A stretch of DNA of 64,000 nt from a virus (IMGVR_UViG_3300031994_000006:64001-128000); one strand, 5' to 3'; positions 8,511-19,900 are shown, counted from the stretch's first letter. A program made the numbers and translations. The notes: generated by a model not told the origin, from the sequence alone.

Positions 8511-9604
8511 CGGACGCCTCTGTCGTTTCAATGCTCGTCCGTCAGGACGGAACGCCTGACAGGGGCCTTATGAAGAGGGACCGGCTCAGGAAGGCCGGCC
8601 TTTACGGCTATATCAGGAACCGGTGGCCGGACTGTTCCGGTGTGACGGAGTCCCTTTACCGTATCTACAACAGGATTGACGATGTGCCCGCATGCCCTGT
8701 ATGCGGCCGTCCCCGTGAGTTCGGCGGATGGAATCGGGGCTATATGCCCCGCTGCCGTATCTGCGGCCGTGACATGACGGATCCCCTTACGCTTTCGCTT
8801 ATCACCCAGAAGCCGCTCGGTAAGTACAGGCCGCTTGACGTCAGGCACGATGCGACTGACAGGTCATATATCTGGGTTCGGCCCGGCGGTACCGATCCGT
8901 ATGAGTTCAGGGCGCCGGAGACCGAGTTCCGTAAGGGATACAGGTCATCCGCCGACACGGTCCGCCGGTATCTCGACAACATAGGAGAAGAGCATACGGC
9001 CGGCGGCGGATTCGACATATGGCTTCCGGTCAGGGGAATCGGCCTGTCGTTCGGCAAGGGAACAAGACTGGACGGTCCCGGCGTCCGCACGGTTGTGCTG
9101 CCGGAGAAGCTGCATGACATGCCGGTGTTCATGTCATACTATATCGACAGACTGTGCGGCCGCGGTACTGAGGTCAGATGGGAGGACTGTGACATTGTCA
9201 GGATACCCAATCAGATTATACTGCACGGATTCATGTGCCTGTCCGATCTGAACGCGTCGCCGGGCGACACAGGTGCAAGATTCGGTATCGTCACCGACGG
9301 AGGCGCCATCATACAGGTCATCGAGGTATGGAAGCGCCGTATCAGGATATTCGAGAAGACCGGTGTCATAATCGTAAACGAGGACTGGGCGGCCGTCTCC
9401 GACTTCGTGCTTAACGGATGCAGGGCCGGCGGATCCGGACGCATCCTGACTGAGATAAACCCCGCTACGGACGATCCTGACAGGCTCCTCCAGGCCGGCT
9501 GGACAGTCAAAGGCTTTGTTCGCAGGTCTGTATGGAAAAAACAGGGTGAAAAAAGCGGTTTTTATCGCGGATTCCGGCCGCTTTTGCTGGAATATGTCCA
9601 ATAA
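8507..9604 (+). CDS. homing-endonuclease-like protein (Zn ribbon plus degenerate PD-(D/E)XK-like domain)
   Basis: CPVCG...CRIC zinc motif; FDIWLPVRGIGLSFG resembles the LDIYIPxxxIGIEFNG motif with the Glu missing. Confidence 0.5.
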   Translation: MTDASVVSMLVRQDGTPDRGLMKRDRLRKAGLYGYIRNRWPDCSGVTESLYRIYNRIDDVPACPVCGRPREFGGWNRGYMPRCRICGRDMTDPLTLSLITQKPLGKYRPLDVRHDATDRSYIWVRPGGTDPYEFRAPETEFRKGYRSSADTVRRYLDNIGEEHTAGGGFDIWLPVRGIGLSFGKGTRLDGPGVRTVVLPEKLHDMPVFMSYYIDRLCGRGTEVRWEDCDIVRIPNQIILHGFMCLSDLNASPGDTGARFGIVTDGGAIIQVIEVWKRRIRIFEKTGVIIVNEDWAAVSDFVLNGCRAGGSGRILTEINPATDDPDRLLQAGWTVKGFVRRSVWKKQGEKSGFYRGFRPLLLEYVQ

Positions 9605-9607
9605 ATA
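9601..9607 (+). promoter_or_regulatory. late promoter-like ATAAATA upstream of the tail sheath gene
   Basis: Lies 57 nt upstream of the sheath ATG. Confidence 0.6.
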
Positions 9608-9664
9608 ATATGCAGACGGCTGAAATATGCCGTTTCAGCACGAAAAATCACTCACAAGAAAATA

Positions 9665-12600
9665 ATGGCAAAACTGGCACTCAATCTCGCACAGTTCAAG
9701 TCTGCCGGTGTGTATATCCAGGAGATAGACAACACCACCGAGATCACTGTCGAGAGCAACTCGCTTCGCCTTCTTGTAGGTTTCAATCCCAAGGGACCGT
9801 TCAACCGTCCGGTTTTCCTGTCCAATGAGAATGACCGCGTCAAGATCTTCGGCGACATCGACCAGAAGCTTGAGGCTAAGGGCAACTACTTCAACCGTAT
9901 GGCCCAGACCCTTGTCAGCGCCGGCCCGCTCTTCGCGCTCAACCTCCTGAAGGTCGACGACGCATACGACGGCGAGGACCAGGTCAACTATGCGGCGTTC
10001 TCCCTGAACGCGGGCTACCCGAACCCCGAGCTTATCTCTACCAACGGAACCATCTACGGCGAGGTCGACAAGAACCCCGTGGACGATACTGTCTACTACA
10101 ACAGGGCGAACAACATCATCCCCTATGTAGGCAACGCTCCTTACAGCGCCTTCTATGACAGGTCGAGGTTCTGGATCCCCTCTGAGGAGAACCTTACCGC
10201 CGTTGCGGCCCGCGGCGTCGGCGACGGCACCGAGACGACCGTGTTCAACAGCTCGAACTTCTTCAACCTGGCGAACGTCGGCACCGAGGAGATCTCCGTG
10301 CTCGTGTTCAAGCCCGAGGCCCTGAAGGGATACGATATCACCTGCGCGGAATGGTATGACGGCGAGGAGAACATCCCGTACGGATTCATCCGTCCGAACG
10401 ACTACATCGCCGACTACTTCATCCAGGTTGTCGTCGTCAAGGGCAACTGGGGCGACTTCAAGAAGCTCGCGACCGACACGCTCTGGGGTGACTTCTTCGA
10501 TGCCAACGGTATCAAGAAGAACAAGATCAACCAGTTCCTGTCTACCGCAGGTGTCTCCACGCTCGGTTCCTGGATCGGTTCCATCATCCCCGACTTCGAG
10601 GACAAGCTCGGCAACCCGCAGAACATCGTCGACAAGATCAACAACTCGACGACCGTCACGGGCCTGCTCGCAGCGTTCAACCGCGACGCCGCGATGACCC
10701 TCGGCTATGACTACGACTTCGAGGACACCGACGACGAGGACAACAAGGGCGGCTGGTTCCAGGACATCGACGGCGACGGCAACTTCGACCGTGGCCAGGA
10801 GTCAATCGATTCCCGTGAGGGCACCCCGTATGACGACGGCAAGCCCAAGAACGACCTGTTCCTCATCGATATGGTCGGTCACGAGTTCACGAAGGGCTAT
10901 CCTACGGACAAGTACAATACTGAGACTAAGAAGTATGAGCGCCGTTACGGTATTAACTTCCTGTCTTACAACTACGACTCCGACACTCCTGACGACCTCC
11001 TGACTCCGATGAACTTCGCCAGCTACTTCCATGAGACCGGCGCTGTTCCTCCTGAGATTCAGAACATGTTCATCATAGCCAATGAGCACGCTGCTGCGAA
11101 GCTCGGTCTCGGCGACTATGTGAAGAACTTCCCCGGCGAGGGCGAGGAATACGGACACCTCCTGATTCCCGGTATCACCAGGATCATCAAGAAGGTCGCC
11201 CTGACGCTGACCATCTCCGAGTCTGACGCCCAGAAGCTGTACGGCAACCGCGACCAGACCGTCGAGGTGACCGACGCCAAGTTCATCTACAAGGGCAAGG
11301 AGTATCTGTACAGCGGCTACGCTATCCAGAACTACCGCCTGAAGAGGTTCTATGTATGGCTGTACACGGCTGTCGAGCCCGTCGAGATCATCAGTGCCGA
11401 GGAGGCGATGATTTCGATTGATAACGACACTGAGGAGAATGTCCTTGTCACCGACCTGTCCCAGGATAGTATCATCGACTTCCAGTACGACGACTATGCG
11501 TTCCGTCTCTTCATCAACTCTGATGAGGACACCACAGGCGACAAGGCTATCGAAGGCGATCTGAACACCAACGAGGGCTTCACCGACAAGATCCAGGTCA
11601 ATGCGGCGTTCGGCATATATGTCGACGGCGAGTTCTATACTCAGGCTAAGGAGAACGGCTGGAAGGTCAAGATCTCCAAGAAGCACTATGAGAACGGTAT
11701 TCTCGTTCCCGGTGAGTTCGAGGAGGACTACTACGAGCTCGACGAAGACAGGTTTAATACCATCACCCTCAACGAGATCTACATCGACGGTACCGGTATC
11801 TACAAGGACGACGGCTCTCCCGTATCCACAGCGGATCTCCCCGCCGGATACAAGATCGGCATGACCATCAACCACGTCAAGACCGACGTCTATGTCGGCG
11901 GACAGGTGACGAAGCAGGCCGCTATCACGGATCCTATCGTCAGCGCCAACCTGAAGTTCATCCCGATGAAGGGCCTGTCGATCTCCAAGCGTCATATGCC
12001 CGGATACGACGAGCAGGGTAACCTGGACGTCGAGGCCGGCGTGAACAAGATCTACAGCCTGCTGATGGAGGACGAGGGCGTGCTCCGCGGCCTCTGTAAC
12101 CCGCAGATGATTGACTTCCGTTACATCATCGACTCGATGGGCTACGGCCTTGACAGCATGATGGGCGGCAAGGTCTACCTGTCGCAGCTGGCGCAGAAGA
12201 GGCAGTCATGTACCGCGATCCTGAACGCGCCTTCTAAGAGGCACTTCAGCATCAGCACGAACCCGTACTTCTGCGACTCGTTCACCGAGGGCGTCGAGAT
12301 CCGTCCCGCATTCGACACGAGCTATATCGCATCGGGCGGCAACACCGAGCTCTATCACTCCAAGATCTTCAGTCTGCCCGACCTGGACAACGGAGCGTCG
12401 TTCACCGGCGTATTCTGGCCCTGGCTGCAGTACACGGTCAACCGCAAGAAGATCATGGTTCCGCCCGCTGCCGACGTCGCGAACGTGTTCATTAGGAAGT
12501 TCACCGGAGGCGATCCCTACGCCATTGCGGCCAACCGCAACGGTATCCTGAGCAACCGCTACCTGACGGGCCTCGAGTATCAGGCCGACCAGCAGGATCG

Positions 12601-13027
12601 TGACTACCTCGAGCCGATGGGTATCAACACCATCATCGCCGACGGACAGGACATCATGATCTACGGCAACCAGACCGCCTACCAGCGTGTCGACAGCGAC
12701 CTGAACAAGCTGCACGTCCGTGAGAACCTGAACACCATCGAGCTGCGCTGCAAGGCCGTTCTGAAGAACTACGTGTTTGTCTACAACACGCCTGTTACCC
12801 GCGGCGAGATTGTGAAGAGACTCGACCCGATCCTCAGCGCGATGAAGACGTCCGGCGCCATCAGCTGGTACAACATCCAGTGTGACGACAAGAACAACAC
12901 CGATGAGATTATCGAGCAGGACTTTGGTATCGTGGACATCAGCGTGATCTTCGGTCACGGCATGGAGAAGATCCTCACCAGGATCACCCTCGAGCGCAAG
13001 TCCATCATGGTACGCTCTGGATATTAA
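9665..13027 (+). CDS. tail sheath protein (T4 gp18-like)
   Basis: N-terminal SAGVYIQEIDNT and GFNPKGPFNRP; C-terminal VPPAA, DRDYLEPMGIN, YGNQT, LNKLHVR, CDDKNNT. Confidence 0.93.
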   Translation: MAKLALNLAQFKSAGVYIQEIDNTTEITVESNSLRLLVGFNPKGPFNRPVFLSNENDRVKIFGDIDQKLEAKGNYFNRMAQTLVSAGPLFALNLLKVDDAYDGEDQVNYAAFSLNAGYPNPELISTNGTIYGEVDKNPVDDTVYYNRANNIIPYVGNAPYSAFYDRSRFWIPSEENLTAVAARGVGDGTETTVFNSSNFFNLANVGTEEISVLVFKPEALKGYDITCAEWYDGEENIPYGFIRPNDYIADYFIQVVVVKGNWGDFKKLATDTLWGDFFDANGIKKNKINQFLSTAGVSTLGSWIGSIIPDFEDKLGNPQNIVDKINNSTTVTGLLAAFNRDAAMTLGYDYDFEDTDDEDNKGGWFQDIDGDGNFDRGQESIDSREGTPYDDGKPKNDLFLIDMVGHEFTKGYPTDKYNTETKKYERRYGINFLSYNYDSDTPDDLLTPMNFASYFHETGAVPPEIQNMFIIANEHAAAKLGLGDYVKNFPGEGEEYGHLLIPGITRIIKKVALTLTISESDAQKLYGNRDQTVEVTDAKFIYKGKEYLYSGYAIQNYRLKRFYVWLYTAVEPVEIISAEEAMISIDNDTEENVLVTDLSQDSIIDFQYDDYAFRLFINSDEDTTGDKAIEGDLNTNEGFTDKIQVNAAFGIYVDGEFYTQAKENGWKVKISKKHYENGILVPGEFEEDYYELDEDRFNTITLNEIYIDGTGIYKDDGSPVSTADLPAGYKIGMTINHVKTDVYVGGQVTKQAAITDPIVSANLKFIPMKGLSISKRHMPGYDEQGNLDVEAGVNKIYSLLMEDEGVLRGLCNPQMIDFRYIIDSMGYGLDSMMGGKVYLSQLAQKRQSCTAILNAPSKRHFSISTNPYFCDSFTEGVEIRPAFDTSYIASGGNTELYHSKIFSLPDLDNGASFTGVFWPWLQYTVNRKKIMVPPAADVANVFIRKFTGGDPYAIAANRNGILSNRYLTGLEYQADQQDRDYLEPMGINTIIADGQDIMIYGNQTAYQRVDSDLNKLHVRENLNTIELRCKAVLKNYVFVYNTPVTRGEIVKRLDPILSAMKTSGAISWYNIQCDDKNNTDEIIEQDFGIVDISVIFGHGMEKILTRITLERKSIMVRSGY

Positions 13028-13052
13028 GCCGAAAGGTAATAAATCCCTATAT

Positions 13053-13088
13053 GACAGGGGTTCCGGTAATGACCGGGACCCCTGTTTT
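13053..13088 (+). terminator. rho-independent terminator
   Basis: acaggggttccggt-aatg-accgggacccctgt followed by a T run. Confidence 0.8.
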
Positions 13089-13121
13089 GCGTTTAATAGT
13101 AAACTTATATAATTTTCAACG

Positions 13122-13742
13122 GTGTCAACCTTAACGAATGACCAGATGAAACGGCTTGACAAATACGGCAGGGACTGCGTCCATGTGATGGCCGATAACA
13201 CCAAGCTGTTCAGGATACATTATACAACACCACAGGGATCTTTGGACCAGGCCGGAATTGACGGATGGATTATGTCAATGGACGGGTATACGATGAGCTT
13301 TGACGCGAAATCGCATATGAGGGGATACGATATAACGGATGAGAGGACCGGCGGGCTTCATTATGACTCATTCACGCTTCCCAACCATGAAATCAGTATT
13401 CCCAGGGTGAATATGTTCATGCTCGCCAACGGATATATCAATATCAATACAGATAATGACAATATATTGAGACAGCCGACCAGGCTCTATATCCTTGACA
13501 TGATGAATCTCGTATTCCTCAGGGACCTTATCGTAGATAAAAATGAGGAAGTCAAAGGCCTGCACAAGAGTCCCGTCAGTTCCGATGAGCCGCTGTGGCA
13601 GCTTGAGATGAACGAGCTTATGAAGTATAATAACGGCCGTGTGAACGACAAGACCGGTCATGTTATCCAGTTCCGTTATTATGATTTCAGGAAGAACGCT
13701 TTCGTCCTTGAACATGAGGACTGGAAACCTGATGTTATATAG
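13122..13742 (+). CDS. hypothetical protein
   Basis: 206-aa ORF, GTG start (or ATG at 13147). Confidence 0.7.
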   Translation: MSTLTNDQMKRLDKYGRDCVHVMADNTKLFRIHYTTPQGSLDQAGIDGWIMSMDGYTMSFDAKSHMRGYDITDERTGGLHYDSFTLPNHEISIPRVNMFMLANGYININTDNDNILRQPTRLYILDMMNLVFLRDLIVDKNEEVKGLHKSPVSSDEPLWQLEMNELMKYNNGRVNDKTGHVIQFRYYDFRKNAFVLEHEDWKPDVI

Positions 13743-13745
13743 GAT

Positions 13746-14543
13746 ATGAAATATACAGTAATAACATTCCTTTTCAACGGATACGATAAGCTGCGTACGC
13801 CGAGGATTGTGGATCCCAATGCGGTCTACGTATGCTTTACGGATGATCCCAAGCTTGAGTCACATGTATGGAAGTGCGTCTATCTGGAGCAGTTCGACGA
13901 CAAGACGCTTACCGGCGTGCAGAAGACCTACAGGCTCAAGTACTCGTTCTGGAAATACCTGCCGGCCGATGCCAGGTATACGGACTGGTGGGTGGTGATG
14001 GACGGCTCGCTTGAGATACAGGAGTCGCTCAGTCCCGTCATCATGCACCTTGAGAACAACGGCTATGACATGGCCCTGTCGGTCCATCCTGACCGTACGG
14101 ACTGGCTCAAGGAGTATGATGCATGGATAGAGCAGCGCGCCATGGATGCAGACAACAAGGCCAGGTTCGTGGAAGTGATGAAGGACAAGCTCGGCACCGA
14201 GGACTTCAATCAGGGACTCATCGAATGCACCATCAGGTTCTACAGGGCGAACAATCAGGAGATACTGCACATGCTCAGTAATACATATGAACTGCTCAAC
14301 TATGCGAACCAGTTCAAGGATCCTAATGACCAGTGCTATTTCACCTATATCTGCAAGCCTTATATACAGAGACTCAAGACTCTCCTGTTCTCAAGGCAGT
14401 TGTACTTTGATTCCAGGTACTTCAGGTTCTACCTTCACGGTACCGACAGGTGCATCAGATGGAACGGGGATCCGTATAAGGACATGCCGCCGCTCGCGGC
14501 GACCAAGCTCGGAGGCGAGCAAAGCAGGATAGAGGTTTTCTGA
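13746..14543 (+). CDS. DUF616-like (GT-A fold) glycosyltransferase
   Basis: NGYDKLRTP, YVCFTDD, VMDGSL, HPDR and DQCYF motifs typical of this family. Confidence 0.75.
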   Translation: MKYTVITFLFNGYDKLRTPRIVDPNAVYVCFTDDPKLESHVWKCVYLEQFDDKTLTGVQKTYRLKYSFWKYLPADARYTDWWVVMDGSLEIQESLSPVIMHLENNGYDMALSVHPDRTDWLKEYDAWIEQRAMDADNKARFVEVMKDKLGTEDFNQGLIECTIRFYRANNQEILHMLSNTYELLNYANQFKDPNDQCYFTYICKPYIQRLKTLLFSRQLYFDSRYFRFYLHGTDRCIRWNGDPYKDMPPLAATKLGGEQSRIEVF

Positions 14544-14546
14544 TAT

Positions 14547-14585
14547 AAAAAATCCGGGGCGTTCTGAACGTCCCGGATTCTTTTT
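14547..14585. terminator. bidirectional terminator
   Basis: aatccggggcgttc-t-gaacgtcccggatt flanked by A/T runs, between convergent genes. Confidence 0.8.
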
Positions 14586-14608
14586 GAGGTATTGTCATAA
14601 CCCGAAGG

Positions 14609-16549
14609 TTAGAACATGCCAGCGAAGTCCACGTGGAAGGTGATGTACTGGGTCTCAGGATAGAAACCAGTGTCGATAAGAGCGTAACGGCTCTTGATCA
14701 TTACCTTCGGAGCCATGGTGCCCTCAGAGATGATCTTCACAGACTCAGCCATGAGGTAGGGTGCGAACACAACACCGGGCTCATCCTTGCTGCCCTTACG
14801 GCCGACGAGGACACGGGTGTCATTACCAGCCATCAGAGGATCAACATAGACCGTGATACCTGCGACGTTGCCGACAGGATACAGGCTGTTGCCGTTCTGA
14901 GCGACGTTGTTCTCGATCGGAGCCCAGATATTCTGCGCGTTGCTCTGGAGAGCGGTAGCGACAGTAATATTGGTAACAGCGAACGTAGCGCCGCCGTAAC
15001 GACCACGCTGGAGGATCCAGTTGTTGGCGGTGATGAAGTTCATCTGCAGCCTCTGGAGCAGGGTAGCCTGGTTCTCGAAGATGGCCTTGCTGTTCAGGTA
15101 GATGGGCTTGTACGGCATGGAGACGTTAGTCCACTTGCGGTACGTACCGTCTGCGCCGACAGTCGTAGCGTCAGCCTGTGGGATCGCATAGGCAGGAGTC
15201 ATGCCGTTACCGAAGATACCGGCAGTCTTGCTGTCCTCAGCGAACGAGATGTTCAGGTTAGCTACAGAACCCTCAACCTCAGCGAGCTTGCAGTGGTTCT
15301 TCCAGCCGAGAGCGAACAGACGAGAGAGGATGTGACGGTTGATCGTCGAGCTGAGCTCGTTGACACCGGCGTTCTCAATCATCTTCAGCACATCGATACC
15401 CCACTGCTTCTGGAGGTCAGTTACCTGCTCCTGAGTAACAGCGACGGATACCATGATGGTACCTACGGTCACGTTCTTCGTGAACACCTGGAGGCTGAGC
15501 TGACGAGCGTAGCTCATCTCACCTGTACCACGAGACATGGGCTCGTAGAGAACCGTTCCGTCCTGATACGTGCCGTACCAAGGATCCATGTCGTTGACAC
15601 CGGATCCAGTGAAGCCCTGGATCTGATCCTCAAGCATAGAAACCAGACGGGGAGTAGTAATCGTAGCGCCAGCCAGGCTGCCGGTCAGGGCAACAGGACC
15701 AGCGGCGAACTCCTGAGCGAGGGTCTTGGCGCCCTTGACGATCTTCAGGATGGGGTCGCCATCGAGACGGCTCCAGCCGACGAACTCGAGCGTCAGGCCA
15801 TCAGCCTCGTTGAGGACGGTCTCACCGGGAACCAGACCCGCAGCGCGTGCGGCGGCCTTCAGGGCACCTACAGACTTGGCAGAGCCGATAGAGTCGAAGG
15901 AAGCCTTGAACATGTGAGGCAGACCGTAGAGGTCGTTGGGCTTGTTAGCACCGTTGGCGTCCAGATCGTGGAAGTGGTTGACGTTCTGGGTAGCGTCGTC
16001 GTAACCCGGGGTAGAACCGTAGGGCTGCTTCGTTCCGCTGTAGACGTAGTCCATGTAGGGGATTACGCCGGTCGGTCCCTGCATAGGAACGGTGTTGACC
16101 AGGTCGAAGCCGATGGTCTTGGCGGCGACCTTCAGTGCCAGGGGCAGGAGGGCGGGCCACTTGTCACCGGAACCCATCTGGGTGCCGTCAGCCTGATCAG
16201 CGGCGGTCAGGCCGGGAGTGCCTGCGGGAACGGCGTCACCGATGCCGAGGGTGTTGTACAGGGTCTGGTAGGGAGCATACACGCCGCCGACGGTACCGTT
16301 GATACCGGAAGCGTTGTTGAAGTATGCACCGCCGGGGACCTGAGCCTCATTCAGTGAACCGAACGCGCCGTAGCGGGCTGCTACGTTGGCGTTGATGCGG
16401 GCGTTCTCGTTGAGAGCCTGCACGGTGTTCATGGCAATCTGGGCCATGAGGGCCTTCTTGGCGGGATCCTTGACACCGGTAGTGCGCTCAATCATCGCGC
16501 CCCAGCTCTCGGTCAGCGCCTTACGGCTGTTCTTAAGATTACGTGCCAT
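14609..16549 (-). CDS. major capsid protein (T4 gp23-like)
   Basis: DLVNTVPMQGPTG, EQVTDLQKQWGID, NELSSTINRHIL, GVVFAPY, PKVMIKSRYAL; N-terminal LTE/LNE processing-like sites. Confidence 0.93.
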   Translation of the reverse strand: MARNLKNSRKALTESWGAMIERTTGVKDPAKKALMAQIAMNTVQALNENARINANVAARYGAFGSLNEAQVPGGAYFNNASGINGTVGGVYAPYQTLYNTLGIGDAVPAGTPGLTAADQADGTQMGSGDKWPALLPLALKVAAKTIGFDLVNTVPMQGPTGVIPYMDYVYSGTKQPYGSTPGYDDATQNVNHFHDLDANGANKPNDLYGLPHMFKASFDSIGSAKSVGALKAAARAAGLVPGETVLNEADGLTLEFVGWSRLDGDPILKIVKGAKTLAQEFAAGPVALTGSLAGATITTPRLVSMLEDQIQGFTGSGVNDMDPWYGTYQDGTVLYEPMSRGTGEMSYARQLSLQVFTKNVTVGTIMVSVAVTQEQVTDLQKQWGIDVLKMIENAGVNELSSTINRHILSRLFALGWKNHCKLAEVEGSVANLNISFAEDSKTAGIFGNGMTPAYAIPQADATTVGADGTYRKWTNVSMPYKPIYLNSKAIFENQATLLQRLQMNFITANNWILQRGRYGGATFAVTNITVATALQSNAQNIWAPIENNVAQNGNSLYPVGNVAGITVYVDPLMAGNDTRVLVGRKGSKDEPGVVFAPYLMAESVKIISEGTMAPKVMIKSRYALIDTGFYPETQYITFHVDFAGMF

Positions 16550-16693
16550 TGTTTTATATTGGCTAATTTTTTTCGTTTCGTCCTTGCGGAGTTCCTGCGT
16601 CCTGCCGGATTAGGTTTTGTTTTTTCGTCCCGGCGTCGCCGATGTCCTTTTCCTTTTGGAGACGGCACAGTACCTTCCGTGTCGGAATCATAT

Positions 16694-16700
16694 TATTTAT
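16694..16700 (-). promoter_or_regulatory. late promoter-like ATAAATA for the capsid gene
   Basis: TAATAAATA on the minus strand, ~145 nt upstream of the capsid ATG. Confidence 0.6.
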
Positions 16701-16732
16701 TACATGAAAATGCGGCATTTATTGAAAAACGC

Positions 16733-16840
16733 CTATTTGTGGTTTTTGCGGAGCCTTGCCCTGATCTGACAGATCTTCATTACGTCTTCATGAGAGAGAC
16801 TGCTCTTGAGCTCGGCAAGGTCCTTTTTCGTGAATTCCAT
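16733..16840 (-). CDS. small peptide (35 aa, MEFTKKDLAELK...)
   Basis: ATG to TAG ORF in the gap between the capsid and polyprotein genes. Confidence 0.35.
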   Translation of the reverse strand: MEFTKKDLAELKSSLSHEDVMKICQIRARLRKNHK

Positions 16841-16907
16841 ACTATTGGGCGTTGTTTCTCTGTATATATCACGGCTGAATAGATAAGCTAAGCTATATTA
16901 TAGGTAT

Positions 16908-19900
16908 ATGGGAAAAATCGATTTCGATAAGATGAACGAGGCCTTCAAGGCCGGCAATAGGGCGAGGAAGAAGGAGGCCGTACAGGATACGGTCGAATCG
17001 GTCGACAGCATGCAGGCACAGATTAAACTGTTCAAGAAGCAGACCGGTGTAGAACTCGAGATCAGAGACGGACGTCCATATTCTGATAGAGACCTGGATC
17101 TGGAAGGCTGTACCGGACTGACAGGCCTGCCGGTTGGACTGGAGGTTAACGGGTATCTGTACTTGGACGGCTGCACCGGGCTGACAGGCCTGCCTAAAGG
17201 CCTGGAGGTTAACCGGTATCTGTCACTTGAAGGCTGTACCGGACTGACAGGCCTGCCCGACGGGTTAAAAGTCAGAGGAAGCCTGTGGCTGAAAGACTGC
17301 ACCGGACTGACAGGCCTGCCTGACGGGTTGAAAGTCAGAGGAGATCTGGTTCTGACAGGCTGTACCGGACTGACAGTCCTGCCTGCAGGCCTGGAAGTTG
17401 AAAGACTGCTGAATCTGGAAGGCTGCACCGGACTGACAGGCCTGCCGACTGACCTGGTTGTCCGGGGTGATTATATTGTGCACAAGGGCGTGCTGACATC
17501 GTTCTTCAGGAAACTTGGGATACCGGTTGACGACGACGGAAATACAGATGCGGAAGACTGGCGTAGGTGGCAAAAAGCGCACGGATATCTTACAGAGGCG
17601 TTCAGGGCCGGCAACAGGGCCAGGAAGAAGGAATCCTTGCAGAATGATACGGATGCCGTATCCAGATGGCGCATACCGAAGAAGCTCGAGACCATCGACG
17701 ACTGGGAGGCCGCGTTTCTGCTGAACGCCGAGTCGGTCGGTATTACGGCCACATTAAGACAGTCGGATTCCCCGAGCAGTACGACGCGTATCTATAACCT
17801 GTATGTCCGATCAACGGAAAACAATTCCGTCACTTTCTCTGTCGGCATCACGAAGACTGATTTCTATTCGGACAATTCCCCGTTCGGCATAATAATGCGT
17901 GTAATCCTCAAGTTGGGCGCGGCCATCGGTAATGTATCGATGCACCTGGTACCTGTCACGGATGCTGCGAGGAATACGTCAGGGAGGAAAATATTCACGG
18001 ATCTGTCCGCTGCCATGGATTCCGTATGGGAGATAATCAACTATCTCAGGAACAGCAGACATTTAGGACAGGTTCTGAAGAATCCGCTCATACTCGAGCT
18101 TGACTCATCCGACGTCACGATGATCATCGTTGATGAATACCTCAGGTCCGAGCCGGGATGTCCGCTTATCTGGAACCAGAGGGATGAATATCAGGATTTC
18201 CTGACAGACTATGATTCAGAGCTAAGGCGTGCGACCGCCGTCGGACCGTGGATCAACTGGCACGGAGACACCGAGGTGCTGGCCGAGGCCTTCAGGGCAG
18301 GCAACAGGGCCAGGAAGAAGGAGTCGATATCCAGGACGTCGAATATCGTCAGCACCAGGGTACCGTCAATCACAGAGCTCGGCGACATGCTCCTTGATCT
18401 CGGATTCCTGGTCAGGAGCGGTAAGAGGGACTATGCCGAGGAGCGTCAGGAGAAGGCCCCTGAGGAAATCGACAGCATCCTGTTCAGCAAATGGTATACG
18501 CCGTCGGGCAAGGTGCCTGAAAGCGGTCCTATCAAGGAGTCCATGATACTGATGCGCGGCGGATACGGCTTATTGAATAACAAGGAGTCCGGACGGAAAA
18601 TCCCCTATATCAGCGCGGAGATTCATGTCGATATAATGCTGGACGAGGAGACCGTCGGCAAATACAGGCTGAGCTCGCTGTCAAGCAACTGGAGCTCCGT
18701 ACTCAACCTGACGGCATTCAACAAGGTCGACGAGGAGTTCATGCCAAGATTCGCCGTTCTCATGAAACTGTGGAGCGACAGCGACAGGATACTCAAGGGC
18801 CTGTATGACATGACAAAGGACAACCTTCTCCTCTTGAGGGTCGATCAGTACATACAGAAGGCGTATATCCACAGGCTGCTGTGCAGGCTCATGCCGGAAT
18901 TCGAGTCATGGCTATACTCGGAAGGTTTCGGTATCGGCAAGGAGATAGATCCTGACTCATGGCAGTGGCAGGCATCGGGCTGGATCAAGATGCCGGAGAT
19001 ACCGGAGGCGCCGCAGACGCCTGTCAACGAGGCTTTCAGGGCCGGTAACCGCGCACGTAAGAAAGAGACCGTCCGGGACGCTGTACCGGATAATGTGGAT
19101 CCTCCTATCAGGTTCGAGGATCCCAATGTCGAGAAGATATGTCACGGGCACGGCGTCTATACCATTGGCGACGCGGCCGGGATCGAGACGATACAGGGAT
19201 GGTTCGAGATTGACAGCGGCGCGGGTATCGATAATCCGGAAATCGTGAAGTTCAATGAGCTCAGGTACTTTACCGGACTTACGACCATTCCCGCCAATGC
19301 GTTCCTCGAGCAGGAGAAGCTTGAGGAGATTATGATACCCGATAGCGTCACGGTAATCGGTCAGTGCGCGTTTGACTCGTGCAGGAATCTGTCGAAGCTC
19401 GTCCTGCCCGACAGGAACAGCCTGGAGCTCGGTAATGACTGTCTGCAGTCGTGCGACGGACTGGACGAGGTCGTCGTGCCGTCCGGATGGTCCAGATGGG
19501 ATTGCATCCAGAATATGAAGGAGGCGTATGACAATGAACTTATCTGGTACCAGGAGAAAATCGATGACAACCGCATACCGGAGGAGTCAGCCTTCGAGCT
19601 GCTCGATGCGAGACTTGATACGTATTTCACCAACCGTCAGGATACGCTTGACTGCAGATTCTCCGACCTGCTTGACTGGTGGACCGAGGATGACTGTTAT
19701 GATGACGGCCAGGACAATGACGGCGAGGAAATGTCTGAGGCGTTCAGGTCCGGCAACCGCGCCCGCAAGAAGGAGTCCGTCCAGGATACCGTCCAGTCGG
19801 ACGACGCACTTGACGACCGCAACAGGTGCGCCGAGATGATGAAGACCATGCTGACGTCGCCGGCATGCCCGGCCGTAAGGATCATAGGCGATCGGCCCGC

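Noticed and set aside
10802-16357. Long antisense ORFs (10802..11995, 12206..13204, 14633..16357; also 30950..32098, 45093..46199, 54985..56460)
   Set aside because: Shadow frames produced by strongly biased codon usage on the true coding strand; no recognisable motifs.
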